A stretch of 64,000 bases of DNA from an uncultured Bacteroidales bacterium (GTDB lineage Bacteria > Bacteroidota > Bacteroidia > Bacteroidales > FEN-979): the NCBI GenBank assembly GCA_903828645.1, contig CAIKNA010000208.1, positions 1,223 through 65,222 on the forward strand, given 5' to 3'. The notes beneath the pieces were generated by a model. That model was not told where the DNA came from. It saw only the letters and a program-made list of their open reading frames with translations, and did no database searches. A program made the translations under genes and the position numbers. Below, piece by piece: positions 58,486-64,000 of the stretch (positions within the stretch are counted from its first letter, which is position 1; the number at the start of each line of letters is the position of its first letter).

Positions 58486-58866
58486 ATGGATAAAAATAAC
58501 GAAGGCAGTAACATGCCATTAACCGGTCACCAGGCAACCGTTGATGCCAAACAATATATCATTGAAACAAAAAAATCTTCAGCTGTGGGCGCGCCCCTGG
58601 GTCTTGATACAGGCTGGTCCGCCACCTGGAGGGGATGCGGGGTGATCCATCTGAACATCAACTGCCCGACAATCCATGCGGGTTCTACTGTTCTCGTAAG
58701 CCTCAGTGAATATTCCAATACAAGCAATCCTGCCGGGAGCCGTTTTATCGGGGCAGCGAGGTTTGCAATTTACAACATCGCACCGAGGGAAGGCGGGGTC
58801 AATATCTGGGCGGAGGTCAGCTGGCCAAATCCCATCAACATCTTCTTTGGCCTTTTAGTTAATTAA
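58486..58866 (+). CDS. Small protein: ~45-aa leader plus a stand-alone copy of the metalloprotease C-terminal domain
   Basis: Hand alignment gives 46 identities over 79 columns with the C-terminus of 57344..58420. Confidence 0.85.
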   Translation: MDKNNEGSNMPLTGHQATVDAKQYIIETKKSSAVGAPLGLDTGWSATWRGCGVIHLNINCPTIHAGSTVLVSLSEYSNTSNPAGSRFIGAARFAIYNIAPREGGVNIWAEVSWPNPINIFFGLLVN

Positions 58867-58876
58867 AAAATGCAGC

Positions 58877-58912
58877 AAATTCCGGCTTGAACCTTTTTCA
58901 AGCCGGAATTTT
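58877..58912 (+). terminator. Perfect 15-bp hairpin between the domain gene and the inhibitor gene
   Basis: AAATTCCGGCTTGAA-CCTTT-TTCAAGCCGGAATTT. Confidence 0.65.
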
Positions 58913-58922
58913 ACAACCAAAT

Positions 58923-59222
58923 ATGGTAGAAACCATTAATTTACGGCAGGGTGAAAGAACTGCAGTTTCTTTTACAAGCCTGGCAACCGCAGGTTATTCC
59001 TGGCATTTTGAAATAGGGAATGTTGGTGTTATCTCTGTTGAAAAGAGCGTAAACAGCCAGGAGATGCGTAAAATGCCCCTTGGCGCCTCCGTGGAGGAGA
59101 TTTTCACCATCAAAGCCATTCGCATGGGTACCTCCAAATTATTTTTCCGGCAGAGCAGAAGCTGGGAAACTGATGTTGAACCTATACAGTCAAAAACATA
59201 TTACATACAGGTTATTGATTAA
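58923..59222 (+). CDS. Chagasin-family (I42) cysteine protease inhibitor
   Basis: Three inhibitory-loop motifs: LATAGYSW (cf. NPTTGYxW), LGAS (cf. GxGG), RSWE (cf. RPWE). About 99 aa, no signal peptide; start at ATG 58923. Confidence 0.8.
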   Translation: MVETINLRQGERTAVSFTSLATAGYSWHFEIGNVGVISVEKSVNSQEMRKMPLGASVEEIFTIKAIRMGTSKLFFRQSRSWETDVEPIQSKTYYIQVID

Positions 59223-59326
59223 CAAAATTTTAATTTCAATTTCCTACCTCATCCACGCGCATGATGGCTGTCAGTACAGCCGTCATTTTAGCTCTATTCA
59301 ACCTGACCTGACACCTTAGAATTTGG

Positions 59327-59334
59327 TATATTTG
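59327..59334 (+). promoter_or_regulatory. -7 promoter box for cydAB
   Basis: TATATTTG, 23 nt upstream of the cydA ATG. Confidence 0.55.
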
Positions 59335-59357
59335 CCTGCCATAAAAACGGTAGAAAC

Positions 59358-60935
59358 ATGGTTGAACATGTAGACCTTTCGCTGATTGACTGGTCAAGAG
59401 CCCAATTTGCACTAACTTCGATATACCACTGGATTTTTGTTCCGCTCACCCTTGGACTGGCATTTATTGTCGCCATCATGGAGTCGGTTTATGTCAAAAC
59501 GGGCAACCCGGAATGGAAACAGATCACTAAATTCTGGATGACCCTGTTTGGAATCAACTTTGCCATCGGAGTGGCGACCGGCATCATCCTGGAGTTCCAG
59601 TTTGGCACCAACTGGTCGAACTACTCATGGTTTGTCGGCGACATTTTCGGGGCGCCGCTCGCCATCGAAGGGATCATGGCATTTTTCCTGGAATCGACCT
59701 TCATCGCCGTCATGTTTTTCGGGTGGAACAAGGTCAGCAAGGAGTTTCATCTCGCTTCTTCATGGCTCACGGCAATCGGGGCTAACCTTTCCGCATTGTG
59801 GATCCTGGTGGCCAACGCATGGATGCAGTACCCGGTGGGGATGCAATTCAACCCGGATAGTGCCCGCAACGAGATGATGAATTTCTGGGCGGTACTGTTC
59901 TCCCCTGTGGCTATGAACAAATTCCTCCATACCGTATCATCTGGATACGTAACAGCATCGGTCTTTGTGGTGGGCATCAGTGCATGGTTCCTGCTCAAAC
60001 AGCGGCATATCCTGCTCGCCAAACGAAGCATCCTTATAGCCGGTATTTTCGGACTTGTCACCTCCCTGTTCCTGGCGTTCACGGGAGATGGTTCTGCCTA
60101 CCAGGTTTCACAAAAACAACCCATGAAGCTGGCCGCTATGGAAGGATTGTACCAGGGTAAACAGGGAGCCGGGCTGGTTGCCATAGGTATTCTGAACCCT
60201 TCCAAAAACCCCGGTGATGGCAAAGATGCCTTCCTGCTCAAAGTTGAGTTTCCAAAACTGCTTTCATTCCTGGGATACCGCAATCCCGATGCATTTGTGC
60301 CGGGAATTGACGACATTGTAAAAGGAGGATACAAACCCGGTTTCGATCCTGTAAATCCCGTGGAAAAGGAACGGACGCTGTCGGTTGAAGAGAAGATCAG
60401 CCGCGGAAAAAAAGCCGTTGCCGCCCTGGCATCGTACCGCCTTGCAAAAACCGCCGGCGACAGCAACACAAGCAACCTTGCCCTGCGGGAACTTAAACTG
60501 AACTTTCCATGGTTCGGGTACGCTTACCTCAACTCCCCGCAAAGTGTCATCCCCAACGTTCCGCTAACCTTTTACAGTTTTCACCTGATGGTATACCTGG
60601 GAATTTACTTTATCATGCTTTTCACGGTAATACTTTACCTTGTCAGCAAGGACAAACTTGAAACCCAGCGGTGGCTGTTGCGGATATCCATCTGGACCAT
60701 TCCTTTCGTATACCTGGCCTCCGAGGCAGGGTGGGTGGTTGCTGAAGCCGGACGCCAGCCGTGGGTTATCCAGGACCTGATGCCGGTGATGGCAGCTGTA
60801 TCAAAAATCGATGCCACTTCGGTCATCATCACCTTCTGGCTTTTTGCAGCCCTGTTCACCGTTTTGCTGGCAGCCGAGCTGATGATCATGATGAAGCAAA
60901 TCAAACTCGGGCCTAAAGAGGGAGGAACTAAGTGA
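59358..60935 (+). CDS. cydA: Cytochrome bd ubiquinol oxidase subunit I
   Basis: SRAQFALTSIYHWIFVP, GIILEFQFGTNW, ANAWMQ, QPMKLAAMEG, GWVVAEAGRQPW. Confidence 0.97.
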   Translation: MVEHVDLSLIDWSRAQFALTSIYHWIFVPLTLGLAFIVAIMESVYVKTGNPEWKQITKFWMTLFGINFAIGVATGIILEFQFGTNWSNYSWFVGDIFGAPLAIEGIMAFFLESTFIAVMFFGWNKVSKEFHLASSWLTAIGANLSALWILVANAWMQYPVGMQFNPDSARNEMMNFWAVLFSPVAMNKFLHTVSSGYVTASVFVVGISAWFLLKQRHILLAKRSILIAGIFGLVTSLFLAFTGDGSAYQVSQKQPMKLAAMEGLYQGKQGAGLVAIGILNPSKNPGDGKDAFLLKVEFPKLLSFLGYRNPDAFVPGIDDIVKGGYKPGFDPVNPVEKERTLSVEEKISRGKKAVAALASYRLAKTAGDSNTSNLALRELKLNFPWFGYAYLNSPQSVIPNVPLTFYSFHLMVYLGIYFIMLFTVILYLVSKDKLETQRWLLRISIWTIPFVYLASEAGWVVAEAGRQPWVIQDLMPVMAAVSKIDATSVIITFWLFAALFTVLLAAELMIMMKQIKLGPKEGGTK

Positions 60936-62098
60936 TGTTTGAAACAATGTCGATTGAAACGCTGCAGGCCTATTGGTGGATCATCATTTCGATTCTCGGG
61001 AGCCTTCTTATTTTCCTGATGTTCGTGCAGGGGGGGCAGACACTGATCTATACCATCGGGAAAACCGAACCGGAACGTAAAATGCTGGTCAATGCACTGG
61101 GTCGCAAATGGGAGTTCACCTTTACAACCCTGGTCACTTTTGGCGGGGCTTTTTTCGCCTCTTTTCCCCTCTTCTACTCGACCAGTTTCGGGGGCGCCTA
61201 CTGGGTGTGGATGGCCATCCTGTTCCCGTTCATCATCCAGGCGGTCGCTTACGAATTCCGGAGCAAACCGAATAATTTACTCGGGCATAAAACCTATGAA
61301 TGGTTTCTGATCATCAATGGTTTGCTGGGTACAGTGCTGATCGGCACAGCGGTAGCTACATTTTTCACCGGATCGGCCTTCCTGGTAAATAAATCGGCCC
61401 TGACCAACCTCCCCGACCCGGCGATTTCGCGGTGGCAGCATCCGGCACACGGGCTTGAAGCAGTTTTAGACTGGCGCAATGTGGCACTTGGGCTTGCTGT
61501 GTTTTTCCTGACCAGGGTACTCGGCACTCTCTATTTCATGAATACCATCGACGATGAAAACATCCTGGCCCGTTCAAAAAAACAGTTGCTGGTGAATGGT
61601 ATCCCATTCCTGGTATTCTTCCTTGCTTTTTGTGGCGCCCTGTTCACCATGCCGGGATACGCCATCCGCCCGCAAAACGGGTTTGTTTTGGGTGAATCAT
61701 ACAAATACTTTCACAACCTCATCCATATGCCGATTGTGTTGATGTTCTTCTCATCCGGGGTGGTGTTTGTACTCCTGGGAGTGGCCCTGCCTCTGGTTGA
61801 TTCCTCTAAATATGCTGCATCCGGTATCTGGTATGCGGGAGCGGGAACGATCCTCACGGTTTTTGCCATCTTCTGCCTGGCGGGGTTCAACAACACCGCC
61901 TATTATCCATCTTCGTTCGACATACAATGTTCGCTGACCATCCACAACAGTTCATCCAGCCATTACACGCTTGCAGCCATGAGCTACGTTTCACTGCTTG
62001 TTCCGTTTGTGGTTGCCTATATCTGGTATGCCTGGAAAGCGATCAACAGCAAAAAAATCGATGCCGCGGAGATGGAGGAGGGAGGGCATTCCTACTAA
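60935..62098 (+). CDS. cydB: Cytochrome bd ubiquinol oxidase subunit II
   Basis: Multi-TM; GRKWEFTFTTLVTFGGAFFASFP, AYEFRSK, LTIHNSSSSHYTL; start overlaps the cydA stop. Confidence 0.95.
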   Translation: MFETMSIETLQAYWWIIISILGSLLIFLMFVQGGQTLIYTIGKTEPERKMLVNALGRKWEFTFTTLVTFGGAFFASFPLFYSTSFGGAYWVWMAILFPFIIQAVAYEFRSKPNNLLGHKTYEWFLIINGLLGTVLIGTAVATFFTGSAFLVNKSALTNLPDPAISRWQHPAHGLEAVLDWRNVALGLAVFFLTRVLGTLYFMNTIDDENILARSKKQLLVNGIPFLVFFLAFCGALFTMPGYAIRPQNGFVLGESYKYFHNLIHMPIVLMFFSSGVVFVLLGVALPLVDSSKYAASGIWYAGAGTILTVFAIFCLAGFNNTAYYPSSFDIQCSLTIHNSSSSHYTLAAMSYVSLLVPFVVAYIWYAWKAINSKKIDAAEMEEGGHSY

Positions 62099-63360
62099 AA
62101 CGCAAAAGGCAGGCTGAAACTGAAAGTCGCTCCCTTCTCCGCTTCACCCATTGCCGTGCAATGGCCTCCATGGCGAACAATGATGCTGTTCACGTTGGCA
62201 AGTCCGATCCCGATGCCTTCGAATTCGCCGTTTTTGTGCAGGCGGTTGAAAACACCGAACAATTTTCCGGCATGTTGCATATTAAAACCGGCTCCGTTGT
62301 CTTTGATAAAGTAAGTTATTTCGTAGTCGCTGACTGCACTGCCGATTTCAATAATGGCTTCCTCTTTCTTGCCTGTATACTTGACCGCATTAGAAACCAG
62401 ATTGATCCATACCTGTTTCAAAAGTTGCTCATCGCCTTCACAATCCGGAATTTCCCCGATATTGAAGACAATTTTCCTGTTCCTTGTTTCCGGTTCAAAG
62501 AAATCGAGGACCTTACTGACCATGGACGACATGCTGATGGTCGTTTTTCGCAACTCCTGGCGTTTCAGTCTTGAAAAACCGAGCAATGCATCGATCAGTT
62601 TCCCCATCTCCGAAGCCCCGTTGGAGATGACTTTAAGATAGCGAAGCTCCTCTTCCGTCCTCCGGGTTGTCTTCAGGTCTGTCAGCAGGTCGATAAAACC
62701 GCTGATGTGCCTCAGCGGGGCTTTTAAATCGTGTGAAACGGAGTAGGAAAAAGCCTCCAGTTCCTTGTTGGCCATTTTGAGTTGTGAAGTACGTTCGGCG
62801 ACACGATGTTCGAGATCTGCATTCAGTATATGCAATTTCCTTTCGCTCTCTTCGGTTTTTTTCTTGGCTGCGACCAGATCAACATTGATTCTTTCAAGAT
62901 CCAGGGTCCGCGCCAAGACTTTTTCTTCCAAAACCTGATTCTGGTTTTGCAACTGCTGATGCAGGTATCGGGCAAAAAGCAGGTTTTCGATGCGCAAAAC
63001 AACTTCAACGAGGTCAAATGGTTTGGCAAGAAAATCCTTTGCACCGTCAAACAAAGCCCGTTGCCTGGCTTCGGCTGATATGTCGGCAGTCAGGACCAGG
63101 ATTGGCAGATAGCTGCTTGACGGGATCAGTCCTTTCAGTTGCGCCATCACCTCGTACCCGTTGAGGTAAGGCATCATTAAATCGAGTAAGATTAAATCGG
63201 GGTTGAAAGATTTGAACGCATCGGCAACCAGGCGGGGGTCGGTCAGGGTTTCAAGATTTGTAAATCCTTTAACCGTGAGCAACCCCACAAGGATATCAAT
63301 ATTGGGGATATTGTCATCCACAATCAGGATGGCGGCATTTTTAAACGTCGAATCGATCAT
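62095..63360 (-). CDS. Hybrid receiver-histidine kinase (REC-coiled coil-HisKA-HATPase)
   Basis: ILIVDD, LLDLMMP, KPF; FSYSVSHDLKAPLR, NLVSNAVKY, DNGAGF, GIGIGL. Start at ATG 63360. Confidence 0.92.
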   Translation of the reverse strand: MIDSTFKNAAILIVDDNIPNIDILVGLLTVKGFTNLETLTDPRLVADAFKSFNPDLILLDLMMPYLNGYEVMAQLKGLIPSSSYLPILVLTADISAEARQRALFDGAKDFLAKPFDLVEVVLRIENLLFARYLHQQLQNQNQVLEEKVLARTLDLERINVDLVAAKKKTEESERKLHILNADLEHRVAERTSQLKMANKELEAFSYSVSHDLKAPLRHISGFIDLLTDLKTTRRTEEELRYLKVISNGASEMGKLIDALLGFSRLKRQELRKTTISMSSMVSKVLDFFEPETRNRKIVFNIGEIPDCEGDEQLLKQVWINLVSNAVKYTGKKEEAIIEIGSAVSDYEITYFIKDNGAGFNMQHAGKLFGVFNRLHKNGEFEGIGIGLANVNSIIVRHGGHCTAMGEAEKGATFSFSLPFAF

Positions 63361-64000
63361 GGTCTTGATATTTTGGAATGGTTTCGTCACCGTCAGTCTG
63401 CGGCAATTCGATCCAGAAAGTACTTCCTTTTCCGGGCACACTTTCAACACCGGTAAAGCCGCCCATGGCAATCATCAGTTCTTTGACCAGCGCGAGTCCG
63501 AGCCCGGTGCCTTCGGCATCGGTTTTTTCCGCCCCGATCCGTTCGAACGGAAGGAACAGTTTTCCAATATCCTCCTGCTCTATCCCTGCTCCGGTGTCGC
63601 TGATTGAAACCCTCACCATGGCAAGGCCAGGGAGATCTGGTTCCCTCAATTCGGCTCTGACAATCACGGTGCCGCCTTCGCGGTTGTACTTGACTGCATT
63701 GCTGATCAAATTAAGGAGCACCTGCTGTAAACGAAGGTGATCGGCTTTTACGAACAACCTGCTGGCAGGCGAATCAAGCAGTTCAATCGTCTGGTTGCCC
63801 CTGATCGCCAATGGATGAGCCATTTCCAGCACGTTCATGATTGCCCGGTTCAATTGAACCGGTTCGGCCGAAAGTTTCACCCGGCCTGATTCAATTCCCG
63901 CAATGTCGAGCACTTCATTTATCAGGTTGAGAAGATGCCTGCCGCTGTTCAAAATATGACCGACCCATTTTCTGTTTGACTGGCTGATTTCACTCATCTC
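63341..64000 (-). CDS. Sensor histidine kinase, C-terminal part (begins beyond the window edge)
   Basis: GRHLLNLINEVLD, NLISNAVKY, DTGAGI, GTGLGL, GKGSTF. Confidence 0.88.
   Translation of the reverse strand, partial: EMSEISQSNRKWVGHILNSGRHLLNLINEVLDIAGIESGRVKLSAEPVQLNRAIMNVLEMAHPLAIRGNQTIELLDSPASRLFVKADHLRLQQVLLNLISNAVKYNREGGTVIVRAELREPDLPGLAMVRVSISDTGAGIEQEDIGKLFLPFERIGAEKTDAEGTGLGLALVKELMIAMGGFTGVESVPGKGSTFWIELPQTDGDETIPKYQDHDRFDV

Noticed and set aside
61927-62574. 215-aa ORF spanning the cydB end and the hybrid kinase
   Set aside because: Overlaps two confident genes and has no recognisable features.
1-64000. CRISPR array, cas genes, integrase or transposase
   Set aside because: I saw no regularly spaced 25-45 bp repeats and no ORF with such motifs.

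Overview
Chromosomal segment of a Bacteroidota organism, probably Bacteroidales-like. This is supported by T9SS-type C-terminal domains, FISUMP proteins, a fused CcoNO and many TAnnTTTG promoter boxes. Most of it is housekeeping or metabolic: Mla-type ABC transporter, pullulanase, ABC-F, S9 peptidase, sirtuin, pcm, CcmF-type heme lyase plus DsbD, sucAB, nadB, GH13, GH109, M28, a complete cbb3 oxidase cluster, cydAB and a two-component pair. An accessory stretch around tRNA-Gly(CCC) (about 1.9-13.5 kb) holds gene remnants, secreted proteins and a protein with three internal repeats. Two observations stand out. (1) A four-gene cassette at 56.5-59.2 kb, between the cco and cyd operons, with no visible signal peptides: papain-like C1 protease, astacin-like metalloprotease fused to an unrecognised ~80-aa domain, a stand-alone copy of that domain, and a chagasin-type inhibitor. 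(2) A small leader motif with a compensatory base change (candidate H-type pseudoknot RNA) and an identical promoter layout, shared by this cassette and a 744-aa Cys-rich hypothetical gene 15 kb away. No CRISPR array, integrase, transposase or reverse transcriptase was seen. All calls were made by eye; no database searches were run.
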